Below, one piece after another: positions 19,950 to 28,084 of a DNA stretch of 39,591 bases. This DNA comes from an uncultured Sulfurimonas sp. (lineage in GTDB: Bacteria > Campylobacterota > Campylobacteria > Campylobacterales > Sulfurimonadaceae). A program made the position numbers and the translations under genes. The stretch covers positions 1-39,591 of the forward strand of contig CAZZAZ010000001.1 in assembly GCA_964652355.1 (NCBI GenBank). The letters are read 5' to 3'. The notes under the pieces were generated by a model. That model was not told where the DNA came from, ran no database searches, and worked only from the letters and a program-made list of their open reading frames with translations. Position 1 is the first letter of the stretch, and each line of letters opens with the position of its first letter.

Positions 19950-20627
19950 ATGAACAGAGTTAAACATATAGCTATTATCATGGATGGTAATGGTCGCTGG
20001 GCTGAACTTAAAGGCAAAAAAAGAGTAAAAGGTCATGAAGCTGGTGCAAAAGTGGTGAAAGAGATCACAACTTACTGCTCAAAGCTTGAAGATGTAGAGA
20101 GATTAACTCTGTATGCTTTTTCAACTGAAAATTGGAAAAGACCACGTCTTGAAGTTGAGTTCTTGATGAAACTTTTAGAGAAATACTTAAAAAATGAGCT
20201 TGAAGTTTACCTAAAAAACAATGTTCGCTTTGAATCTATTGGCGATATAAGAGCATTTTCTAAGTCTTTACAAAAAACGATTAAAAATGTTGAAGATAAA
20301 ACAGCACATTGTGATGGACTTGTTCAATCACTTGCTCTTAACTATGGTTCCCAAAACGAGATACTTCGTGCTGTAAATAAACTAAAAAACACTCAAGAAG
20401 ATATAACAGAGGCAATGCTTGGAAATGCACTTGATTGTAAACATAATGTTGACTTACTCATAAGAACTGGTGGCGATCATAGACTTTCAAACTTCTTACT
20501 TTGGCAGGCAGCTTATGCGGAACTTTTCTTTACGGATACACTATGGCCTGACTTTACAACAGATAAACTTGAATCGATTATAAAAGATTTTACAAAAATA
20601 GAAAGACGTTTTGGGGGACTAAAATAG
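19950..20627 (+). CDS. uppS: Undecaprenyl diphosphate synthase
   Basis: HIAIIMDGNGRWA, FSTENWKRP and RTGG..RLSNFLLWQ motifs. Confidence 0.97.
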   Translation: MNRVKHIAIIMDGNGRWAELKGKKRVKGHEAGAKVVKEITTYCSKLEDVERLTLYAFSTENWKRPRLEVEFLMKLLEKYLKNELEVYLKNNVRFESIGDIRAFSKSLQKTIKNVEDKTAHCDGLVQSLALNYGSQNEILRAVNKLKNTQEDITEAMLGNALDCKHNVDLLIRTGGDHRLSNFLLWQAAYAELFFTDTLWPDFTTDKLESIIKDFTKIERRFGGLK

Positions 20628-21442
20628 TGGAAATGTTAATCTCTTTTATCTTCGGTAGTGTTTTTGGATCGTTTTTAAATGTAGTTATTTTACGCATTCC
20701 TAATGGTGAAAGTGTTGTTTTTGGCTGTTCTCACTGTACTAGCTGTGGCACACCACTTAAGGCGTGGCACAATATTCCTATAATCTCATGGTTATTTTTG
20801 AGAGGAAAATGCTCTTTTTGTAAAGCGAGTATTTCACCGCAATATCCAATAATAGAAATATTATCTGGTCTCATCTTGGTAACTCTTACAAACAAATATG
20901 GAATAAGTTTTCCAGTACTATTTATATTTGCAAGTTTTTTAATGCTTCTAGCACTTTCGATGATAGACTTCAAGTATAAAATGGTTCCAGATTCACTTAA
21001 TCTTTTAGCTATTGTTTTTGCAATACTCGGGGCTTGGAATTTAGGAGGGTTGTTTATAAATCTTCAAAATGCCCTACTTTTTGCAGGTGGATTTACACTT
21101 CTTAGATTTACATTATCTTACCTTTTAACATCATCGGCTAGTAGACAAGCAAGTAAAACACTAACATCATGGACTAAAAACTACCACACTTCACCATTTA
21201 TCGAAGCGATGGGTGAAGGCGATATCATGGTTGCCGCAACGATGGGTGCACTTTTAGGGACTAACCTAGCACTTGTTGCAATATTTTTGTCTGCTGTACT
21301 AGCCTTACCAGTAATGTTATCTCTGCAAAATAGATCAACAGAAGAACAAAGAGTTCCATTTGTTCCATTTTTAGCACTAGCTACATTTATTGTGTATATA
21401 TTTGACAGTCCAATTTTAACCTATATAAAAGCGAATTATTAA
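20627..21442 (+). CDS. Prepilin peptidase (A24 family)
   Basis: GTG start; GSFLNVVI.R.P, two CxxC, ID, MGEGD and PFVPFL motifs. Confidence 0.93.
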   Translation: MEMLISFIFGSVFGSFLNVVILRIPNGESVVFGCSHCTSCGTPLKAWHNIPIISWLFLRGKCSFCKASISPQYPIIEILSGLILVTLTNKYGISFPVLFIFASFLMLLALSMIDFKYKMVPDSLNLLAIVFAILGAWNLGGLFINLQNALLFAGGFTLLRFTLSYLLTSSASRQASKTLTSWTKNYHTSPFIEAMGEGDIMVAATMGALLGTNLALVAIFLSAVLALPVMLSLQNRSTEEQRVPFVPFLALATFIVYIFDSPILTYIKANY

Positions 21443-22449
21443 TGAAAGAGTTACAAAAATATCTTAGAAGTTCTTTATCAGTCTTATTTTTATCACTATT
21501 TATACCACTATTTACAATAGCTTCTATTGTATTTCTTATCAAACTAGCAACTTATACTGCAGTTATTCAACTAAGTGTTTTAGAAATGGCAAAACTATAC
21601 CTATTTATTTTACCAGAACTTCTCTTTTATACCTTCCCTATCTCATTTTTCATAGCTACAACTTTAACTCTATTTAAACTCTCAAACGACAATGAAATAG
21701 TAGTTCTTTTCGCACTTGGAGTAAAACCCAGACTTATCCTGAAGACTTTTTTTACACCAGCTCTATTTTTATCTATCATTCTTGCTTTTAACTTTTTTTG
21801 GCTTTTTCCGCATGCAAAAGTTTTATCTAAAAACTTCATATCATATAAAACAAGTGAAGCAAAATTTAACCTTTCTGCATCTGAATTTGGTCATAGTTTT
21901 GGTGAATGGTTGCTTTACATAGGTAAAAGCAATGTAGATGGTACTTATGCAGATATTATACTTTTCAACAAAAAGAAAGAGGAAGAGATTTTAATAGATG
22001 CTAAAAAAGCCGAGATTATAAACGATTCTGGAATACTAAGATTAAAACTCACAAACGGTGAAGGCTATAGCTACTCAAAAGAAAAATTTACTCAAATAAA
22101 CTTTGAAACTATGTACATAAACGACACGATGAAAACTAATCTAAAAACATACAAAAGTGCTATTGATTACTGGGCTGATAAGTCAAAGCATAAAAAGTTT
22201 ATTATGAATGTTTTACTTAGTCTATTTCCTCTTATAAGTCTATTTTTAGTAGCTAGTATTGGTATAGTACATGTTAGACACCAAAAAGGGAAGGTATATT
22301 TATACTTATTCTTAGGTATCATTATTTATGATGCTCTAGCTATTACTCTTCAAGGTATGCTATCTTTTTATACTATACCAGTACTTATCGTTTCATGGCT
22401 CATAACAACATATATAATCTATAAAAAAACAATTGTATCAAGATTCTAA
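21442..22449 (+). CDS. LptF/LptG-family LPS export permease
   Basis: 3+3 TM layout; KLSNDNEIVVLFALG motif. Confidence 0.85.
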   Translation: MKELQKYLRSSLSVLFLSLFIPLFTIASIVFLIKLATYTAVIQLSVLEMAKLYLFILPELLFYTFPISFFIATTLTLFKLSNDNEIVVLFALGVKPRLILKTFFTPALFLSIILAFNFFWLFPHAKVLSKNFISYKTSEAKFNLSASEFGHSFGEWLLYIGKSNVDGTYADIILFNKKKEEEILIDAKKAEIINDSGILRLKLTNGEGYSYSKEKFTQINFETMYINDTMKTNLKTYKSAIDYWADKSKHKKFIMNVLLSLFPLISLFLVASIGIVHVRHQKGKVYLYLFLGIIIYDALAITLQGMLSFYTIPVLIVSWLITTYIIYKKTIVSRF

Positions 22450-23160
22450 ATGAGATGTGCCCTAACTCTTGCCTACAATGGAACAAGTTTTTTAGGCTCA
22501 CAAACTCAAAAAAGTTCATCTAATACTATCTTTGGAAACCTAGAGAAAGTACTTCAAAAGATTAACATAGATACAAAAATTGTAGCTTCTGGAAGAACAG
22601 ACAAAGGTGTCCACGCAACTGGTCAAGTTTGTTCATTTGATATACCTAAGTTTTGGCAGGATTTAGACAAACTAAAAGATGTGTTAAACAAGATGCTTCC
22701 TAAGACAATACAGGTTAAGAGTATCAAAGTTGCAGATAATGACTTTCATGCCAGATATAATGCTAAAAAGCGTGTTTATAGATATATAATCAAAAATACT
22801 AAGTCAAATCCTTTTGAAAATGACTTTGTAAGTTTTTATGATAATGTAAACTTTAAAAATATAAAACAAAATATAAAACTTTTTGTTGGAGAATTCGACT
22901 TTGTAAACTTTATGAAAACGGGAAGTGATGTAAAATCCACCAAAAGAGAAGTTTATAAAGCTTTTGCTTACAAATATGATGGCTACATAGTTTTAAACTT
23001 TGAAGCAAATGGGTTTCTAAGGAGTCAAATCAGACTAATGGTTGGAGCACTTTTAAAACTAGATGAAAAAGAGATTATAGAACAACTAGAGTGTAAAAAA
23101 AATCACAAAATCAAACCTGCTAAATGTAATGGCCTATATCTTTCTCGTATAAAATACTAG
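22450..23160 (+). CDS. truA: tRNA pseudouridine(38-40) synthase
   Basis: SGRTDKGVHA.GQ, FHARY, GFLRSQIR and GLYL motifs. Confidence 0.96.
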   Translation: MRCALTLAYNGTSFLGSQTQKSSSNTIFGNLEKVLQKINIDTKIVASGRTDKGVHATGQVCSFDIPKFWQDLDKLKDVLNKMLPKTIQVKSIKVADNDFHARYNAKKRVYRYIIKNTKSNPFENDFVSFYDNVNFKNIKQNIKLFVGEFDFVNFMKTGSDVKSTKREVYKAFAYKYDGYIVLNFEANGFLRSQIRLMVGALLKLDEKEIIEQLECKKNHKIKPAKCNGLYLSRIKY

Positions 23161-23165
23161 ATTTT
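23071..23165 (+). repeat. Direct repeat copy 1 (truA 3' end)
   Basis: 95 bp matching 24781-24875 with 5 mismatches by manual alignment; last 56 bp identical. Confidence 0.95.
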
Positions 23166-23213
23166 CCATTAAGCCACAAATACAAATGTATTACCTATGT
23201 AAGTACTAATAAA

Positions 23214-24326
23214 CTATTTAGATAAACTATGTAAAGTATCTATAATCTCATCCATTTTAGTACTTACATCACTTACAACATTAGAAATATCATTTACTTC
23301 ATCTGCATTTTTATTTAAAGTACCTGAAGCATCAGAGATAGATTGAATAAGTATATTTGTAGTAGCAGATGTTTCAGCAAGACTTTTTTGTGTACGCTCA
23401 GCAAGTTTACGAACTTCATCAGCAACAACAGCAAAACCACGACCATGCTCACCTGCTCTTGCCGCTTCGATAGCTGCATTTAAAGCTAATAAGTTTGTCT
23501 GATCCGCTATATCTCCGATAGTTGTTAATATCTCTTTTGTTTCATTTGCATTTGAGACTAGTTCTTGAAGATTTCCAACCATTTCATTTTCTGTTTCTGA
23601 AACACTGTGAATTCTTTTAACAATATCATTTATACTATCTTTGAACTCAACTATGGTTGTATTTGTAATCTTTTCTATTGTATTGTTTAAACTATTTGAT
23701 GATTCTATTATTTGCTGGCTTGAATCTTCATTCTGTTGCTGCATATTTTCTAAAGACTGACCAAGTGTATTAATATTATTAAGTAATTCAGCCATTTTTG
23801 ATTCAACAGTTATATCACTTCTTGCAGAAAATACACCTTCAGAAAAACTCTGTAAAGTATCTATTGCATTATCTATATTTTTCTCAGACTCATCAAGCAT
23901 TTTATTCATGCTATTTCTAAGAATATGCATATATGGTGTTTTTGAATCAGAATTAATTCTTGTTGAAAAATTTCCTTTTGAAATTCTATCTACTACTAAA
24001 ACTACTTCGCCAGCTACTTTCATATCCATGTTAATAGTTTTTTGATAAACAGTTATAATTTTATTGCAGTTTTCTTCTTCTTCAGAATTTATATTTTCGT
24101 TAATATCTATTTTATTTCTATTAAAATTCATCATTTCTAATAGTTGAGCAGCTTTTTCCACCATGATTGATGATGTAGTTGAAGAGACATTTTGAAAGAT
24201 CATAGCAAGAGCAATTGTAATAACAGCTAGAGCAGTATGAACAATAGCAGAGTTACTAAAGAATAAAGAAGCAACTAAAATAGTGGAAGCAACAACTAGT
24301 ATTATATTTTTTTGTATTAAATTCAT
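23214..24326 (-). CDS. Methyl-accepting chemotaxis protein with no periplasmic sensor (CetA-like)
   Basis: N-terminal TM hairpin, HAMP-like repeats, [40 protein letters not shown]. Confidence 0.92.
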   Translation of the reverse strand: MNLIQKNIILVVASTILVASLFFSNSAIVHTALAVITIALAMIFQNVSSTTSSIMVEKAAQLLEMMNFNRNKIDINENINSEEEENCNKIITVYQKTINMDMKVAGEVVLVVDRISKGNFSTRINSDSKTPYMHILRNSMNKMLDESEKNIDNAIDTLQSFSEGVFSARSDITVESKMAELLNNINTLGQSLENMQQQNEDSSQQIIESSNSLNNTIEKITNTTIVEFKDSINDIVKRIHSVSETENEMVGNLQELVSNANETKEILTTIGDIADQTNLLALNAAIEAARAGEHGRGFAVVADEVRKLAERTQKSLAETSATTNILIQSISDASGTLNKNADEVNDISNVVSDVSTKMDEIIDTLHSLSK

Positions 24327-24335
24327 AAACTTATC

Positions 24336-24719
24336 CTAATTAAGTGTTTTATACAATGCTTCGGCATCGGCAATTTCTTCTACAGAAGGTTTTCTTCGAC
24401 AAGACATATATGTTTTTTTACCTGTCAACTCATCATACATAGGATAAACAACTGCATAAACCCAATAATATCCACCATTTTTAGTAGAATTTTTTACATA
24501 ACCATTCCAATCATCACCACGTTTTATTGTTGTCCATAAATCTTTAAAAGCAGCCTTTGGCATATCTACATGACGGACAATATTATGAGGTTGACCAACT
24601 AACTCTTCTATCTTATATCCAGCTATTTTACAAAAATCATCATTTGCAAAAATAATAATACCTTTTTCATCAGTTTGTGATATAAGAAAATCATCACTTT
24701 TTAATACATATTCACTCAT
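24336..24719 (-). CDS. Stand-alone Aer-type PAS domain protein (CetB-like)
   Basis: ISQTD.KG.I, GQPHNIVRH.DMP, FKDLW, W.GYVKN and YYWV (FAD-binding Aer PAS pattern). Confidence 0.9.
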   Translation of the reverse strand: MSEYVLKSDDFLISQTDEKGIIIFANDDFCKIAGYKIEELVGQPHNIVRHVDMPKAAFKDLWTTIKRGDDWNGYVKNSTKNGGYYWVYAVVYPMYDELTGKKTYMSCRRKPSVEEIADAEALYKTLN

Positions 24720-24780
24720 TTTTGCTCCAATAGAATATTATAAACAAGATTTTATCGTAAAAGAGCTAAATTTTGTAAAA

Positions 24781-24875
24781 GAAATTATAAAACAACTAGA
24801 GTGTAAAAAAATTCATAAGATCAAACCTGCTAAATGTAATGGCCTATATCTTTCTCGTATAAAATACTAGATTTT
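24781..24875 (+). repeat. Direct repeat copy 2 (orphan truA 3' end)
   Basis: Translates EIIKQLECKKIHKIKPAKCNGLYLSRIKY*, nearly identical to the TruA C-terminus. Confidence 0.95.
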
Positions 24876-24960
24876 TTATTACTAAAATCATCAACTAAGC
24901 CAACATCATAGTAATAACTGTATGACTTAAAAAATGACCACCTATAAAGCATCTATGAAC
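24844..24960 (-). pseudogene. C-terminal stub of a PAP2-family phosphatase
   Basis: Manual translation VHRCFIGGHFLSHTVITMMLA*LMILVIKNLVFYTRKI*; G-x-HFLSH is PAP2 motif 3; internal TAG where Trp is expected; no start. Confidence 0.7.
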
Positions 24961-24961
24961 C

Positions 24962-25309
24962 CTAAATTAAATCACATATTTTTGATTTTAATTTTTGAAG
25001 TTCATCAGATTCTAATTTAGTGATAATGCCTTTATCAAGCTGTATTCTTTTTAAATCTAGTGTACAAAGCCAGTTAGCAACTATAAAACTTTTTTCTTTA
25101 AGATTATCTCTGGGAGCAATTTCTATTTTATACTCTGTTTGTATATCTTCCGTTGAGAGAGGAACAACAAGAACAGACTGATACTTACTTTCTGCAATAG
25201 ATCTATTTAAAAAATTATTTTGTAAAATAACTGCTGGTCGAATCTTTCCAAACTCACTATTGTATTTTTTTGCAAAATCTACAAGATATACTTCCCCTTG
25301 TTCTATCAT
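24962..25309 (-). CDS. PemK/MazF-family toxin
   Basis: QGEVYLVDF, SEFGKIRPAVILQ and VVPLST motifs. Confidence 0.93.
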   Translation of the reverse strand: MIEQGEVYLVDFAKKYNSEFGKIRPAVILQNNFLNRSIAESKYQSVLVVPLSTEDIQTEYKIEIAPRDNLKEKSFIVANWLCTLDLKRIQLDKGIITKLESDELQKLKSKICDLI

Positions 25310-25560
25310 ATTTTATCTCCAATATCACCTATAATATTATCAAGAATATCTGGATGCTCACTTTTAAGTAGTCCTTGGTTACGCTTGAGCCACATTTGAT
25401 ATTCTACTTCTTTAAGAGCATCACGCAAGTATGGTTCATAACTCGCTGGAATCACAATACTTTTAAGCTCTTTTTTTCTTTTATCTTGAATATATATAAT
25501 TTCATGGACATCACTAATAATTCTAGGATGCTTTGCTATTTCATTAACTGCTACTATCAT
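25306..25560 (-). CDS. Putative antitoxin, Phd/YefM-like N-terminus
   Basis: 84 aa; AAGGAG RBS; 4-nt overlap with the toxin; acidic C-terminal tail. Confidence 0.75.
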   Translation of the reverse strand: MIVAVNEIAKHPRIISDVHEIIYIQDKRKKELKSIVIPASYEPYLRDALKEVEYQMWLKRNQGLLKSEHPDILDNIIGDIGDKI

Positions 25561-25572
25561 ACTGTCTCCTTT

Positions 25573-25622
25573 ATATGTATATTAATATGTATATACTAAC
25601 ATACTGCTTAATATACATATTA
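25573..25622. promoter_or_regulatory. Putative TA autoregulatory operator and promoter
   Basis: Perfect 13-bp inverted repeat ATATGTATATTAA (25573-85) / TTAATATACATAT (25608-20), a third ATATGTATAT at 25585-94, around a minus-strand TGnTAGTAT -10. Confidence 0.7.
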
Positions 25623-25657
25623 GTTTGTTAACTAAACCACCGTTTAAATTACATTTT

Positions 25658-25843
25658 GATTTTATACTAAAATTATTTGAATTGGAAGCTCTCTACTGCT
25701 ATGGATGGAAAACCCCACATGAAGTTTATTATCAAGATGCTAATAATTCAGATTCTAAAGGAGTATAACTGTTACCACTGGTATCGTAGAAAGGTGAAAT
25801 AAGAAAACTTGTTTTACTGGTACTAAAAAATGGAAGCATTATA
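25658..25843 (+). mobile_element. Internally deleted IS3-family-like transposase relic
   Basis: NWKLSTAMD (25680-25706) abuts KTPHEVYYQDANNSDSKGV*LLPLVS* (25709-25789) in another frame; both resemble IS3 OrfB segments; possible terminal repeat ending near 25843. Confidence 0.55.
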
Positions 25844-25860
25844 ATACGCAAAACAAATCC

Positions 25861-26223
25861 CTATAAATATATTTTTATTAAGATACTACCCCAGATAACA
25901 ACAAAAACAAAAATACTTAAAAATACAACCGTACTTCCTACATCTTTAGCTCGACCAGCCATAGGATGATGCTCTAAAGTTACTAAATCTACTACACGCT
26001 CTATCGCACTATTAATTGTTTCAGCTAAGAGCATCCCCATTAAAGATATAAAAAGTAAAAGTTTATATACTAAACTAAGTTCAATATATAATATAAATGG
26101 CAATAAGAATATACTTAAAATCAGTTCTATTTTAAAAGATGTCTCATGCTTAACAATATCTACTAATCCATTAAGAGCATAAGTAGTATTTTTTAAAAAA
26201 TTATATTTTGGTTGATTTCTCAA
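25861..26223 (-). CDS. dgkA: Prokaryotic diacylglycerol kinase
   Basis: TTG start; ETSF..E, ETINSAIERVVD and AKDVGS motifs; three TM helices. Confidence 0.93.
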   Translation of the reverse strand: MRNQPKYNFLKNTTYALNGLVDIVKHETSFKIELILSIFLLPFILYIELSLVYKLLLFISLMGMLLAETINSAIERVVDLVTLEHHPMAGRAKDVGSTVVFLSIFVFVVIWGSILIKIYL

Positions 26224-26231
26224 TTATCTTC

Positions 26232-26345
26232 CTATCTGTAAAGTTTCTTATTATACAAATAATCTAACACAATTACAAATGCTAGAGCATCTTTTTCTAA
26301 CTCTTCATCATGTTCAACAGGAGTAAGGTTATTTGTATCATGTAT
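26232..26345 (-). pseudogene. Start-less C-terminal gene stub, probably LTA-synthase/sulfatase family
   Basis: IHDTNNLTPVEHDEELEKDALAFVIVLDYLYNKKLYR*; stop 8 nt before dgkA; in-frame TGA upstream and no ATG. Family call from recalled C-terminal pattern and context. Confidence 0.5.
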
Positions 26346-26395
26346 AAAGTTTGTTGGATATAAATATGAAGGGTATGTGAATAGAATATTAATTT

Positions 26396-27484
26396 TTATT
26401 CATTTAAGAGAATAAAATCTATTTTTGCATAAATTTTTCCATTTATAACTATACTTAATTTTTGAATACCTGAATAATACTTTCTTGTACTGATTTTTTT
26501 AAATGAATGCTTTTTTAAAATAAACTTAGATTTTTTATTATATGAACCCTCCGATATTTTAAAAACCTTTTTAGAGTATTTTTTATTTTGTCGTAAAAAC
26601 TCCATAATATATTCTACTCTTAATTTACCAAGACTATTTTTAGAGCTAAGTTCAAAAGAAAATTCTACTTCACCACCCCACTCTACCTTTTGTGTTATTT
26701 TAAAATCATCTAACGATATATTTTCTGTTTCTCTAAATCCAAACAGACTTAAGATCTCTCTATCACTTTGTTTTAAAAGTGTACGACAAGCATGTTTTAC
26801 AAGTTTGTCTGTTTCATCACTTTCACCTAACCACTTTTTAGCTATTCGCTTAACTAAGGATGGATTATCTTTTGATATATCGTTTAGATTATTTGCTACA
26901 CTTTTTCTAACATAAGCAGATTCATCATCTTTTAAAAGCTCTAATATTTTAACAATTTCACTTGCATCTTTTTTAAACTCGCTTAGTGCTATTGCCCAAG
27001 GTAAACGAGGACGACAACCTTCACTTGATAGTCGTCTATGATGTTCATTTACTGAAAGAGCCCATACATGCATCTGCTTCATTGTAGGTTGTGGATACTT
27101 TAGTATAAACTGCCTTATTGCAAACTCACTTGTACATTTAACGGTGAAAGACTCTAAAGCTCGCATAGATACACTAAACTCATCAAGGCCAAATACTTCG
27201 ACATAATCTTGAAATATTATATTTTCTAGATAATAATCATGGTTCATATCGTTAAATGTATCTATCAAAATATTTATACTTCTCTCATAAGAGGAAGGTA
27301 AAAAATCCTTTAAAGTGCTAGATATATGTCTCATCCTTTGTTTTAGCTCTTTTTTACTCCACGTATCATCAAATACTTTAGTCTCAAAAAGCTCTATATC
27401 AAAATCATCATAGTGTTTTTTTATGCTATTTGCCAATGTTAAAATATACTGAGAGTTATATAAGTCTTTAAGAAGTTTAGCCAT
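26396..27484 (-). CDS. DNA alkylation repair glycosylase, AlkC-like (HEAT-like repeats plus C-terminal Ig-like domain)
   Basis: ELKQR, TSEFAIR, RRLSSEGCRPRLPW, YVRKSVANNLNDISKD and STRKYY motifs. Confidence 0.85.
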   Translation of the reverse strand: MAKLLKDLYNSQYILTLANSIKKHYDDFDIELFETKVFDDTWSKKELKQRMRHISSTLKDFLPSSYERSINILIDTFNDMNHDYYLENIIFQDYVEVFGLDEFSVSMRALESFTVKCTSEFAIRQFILKYPQPTMKQMHVWALSVNEHHRRLSSEGCRPRLPWAIALSEFKKDASEIVKILELLKDDESAYVRKSVANNLNDISKDNPSLVKRIAKKWLGESDETDKLVKHACRTLLKQSDREILSLFGFRETENISLDDFKITQKVEWGGEVEFSFELSSKNSLGKLRVEYIMEFLRQNKKYSKKVFKISEGSYNKKSKFILKKHSFKKISTRKYYSGIQKLSIVINGKIYAKIDFILLNE

Positions 27485-27536
27485 TTATACACTTTTTTTT
27501 GATAAGATTGTAGCAATTTAAACTAAAAGAACAGAT

Positions 27537-27998
27537 ATGACTGAAGAACTAAAAGATGTAAAACTTCCAGAGGGTATGAACGCTGAAACACTCGCACACC
27601 TTATGGAGCCACAAAACTACGGTAAACTTGATGATGCCAACGGTGTTGGGGTAGCACTTGATGAAAAAACAAAAGAGTATGTAATCTTTTATACACTTCT
27701 TGATGGTGAAACAGTTAAAAATGCGACATACGCAACTAATGGCTGTCAAGATACAGTAGTGATAGGTTCTATGTTTACAGATATGATAAAAGACAACGAT
27801 TTAGAGTACGCAAAAGATGCTATAAGAAGAATGAATGAAAAATTAGGAACTATGAGTGAACAACAACAAGTTTGCGCAGACTTAGTTTTTAGCTCATTTA
27901 TGGCATCACTTCAAAACTTTGAAAATGTTCAAAATGGTAAAGTCGAAGAGTTGCACTTGTTTAAAATGAAGGAAAGTTGTGATGCAATTAACTCGTAA
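27537..27998 (+). CDS. IscU/NifU N-terminal-like scaffold protein (atypical)
   Basis: HLMEPQNYGKL, NGC and VCA.L; first canonical Cys absent. Confidence 0.75.
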   Translation: MTEELKDVKLPEGMNAETLAHLMEPQNYGKLDDANGVGVALDEKTKEYVIFYTLLDGETVKNATYATNGCQDTVVIGSMFTDMIKDNDLEYAKDAIRRMNEKLGTMSEQQQVCADLVFSSFMASLQNFENVQNGKVEELHLFKMKESCDAINS

Positions 27999-28001
27999 TT
28001 T

Positions 28002-28037
28002 GTAGGAGCACTTATTTTCAAAGAAAATATGATGCCC
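28002..28037 (+). repeat. GTAG-tagged imperfect palindrome (REP-like or terminator-like hairpin)
   Basis: GTAG-GAGCA-CT-TATTTTC-AAA-GAAAATA-TGA-TGCCC immediately after the IscU-like stop. Confidence 0.35.
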
Positions 28038-28084
28038 GAAAAATTACAATAATAGAGTTAATTGTACAAATAAAGGAGAAAATC

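Noticed and set aside
24745-24780. Sigma28 promoter for the PAS-MCP cassette
   Set aside because: CGATAA is present on the minus strand but the -35 position lacks TAAA; sigma70-like TATAAT/TAAAAT are equally plausible.
24919-24945. AAAAATGACCACC as an IS21-like terminal repeat
   Set aside because: No partner repeat or transposase; the sequence is explained by the PAP2 GGHF codons on the other strand.
25593-25640. ACTAAC...GTTAAC as an integron attC site
   Set aside because: Too short, lacks convincing L-box pairing, sits upstream of the TA genes, and is better explained as the operator; no intI in the window.
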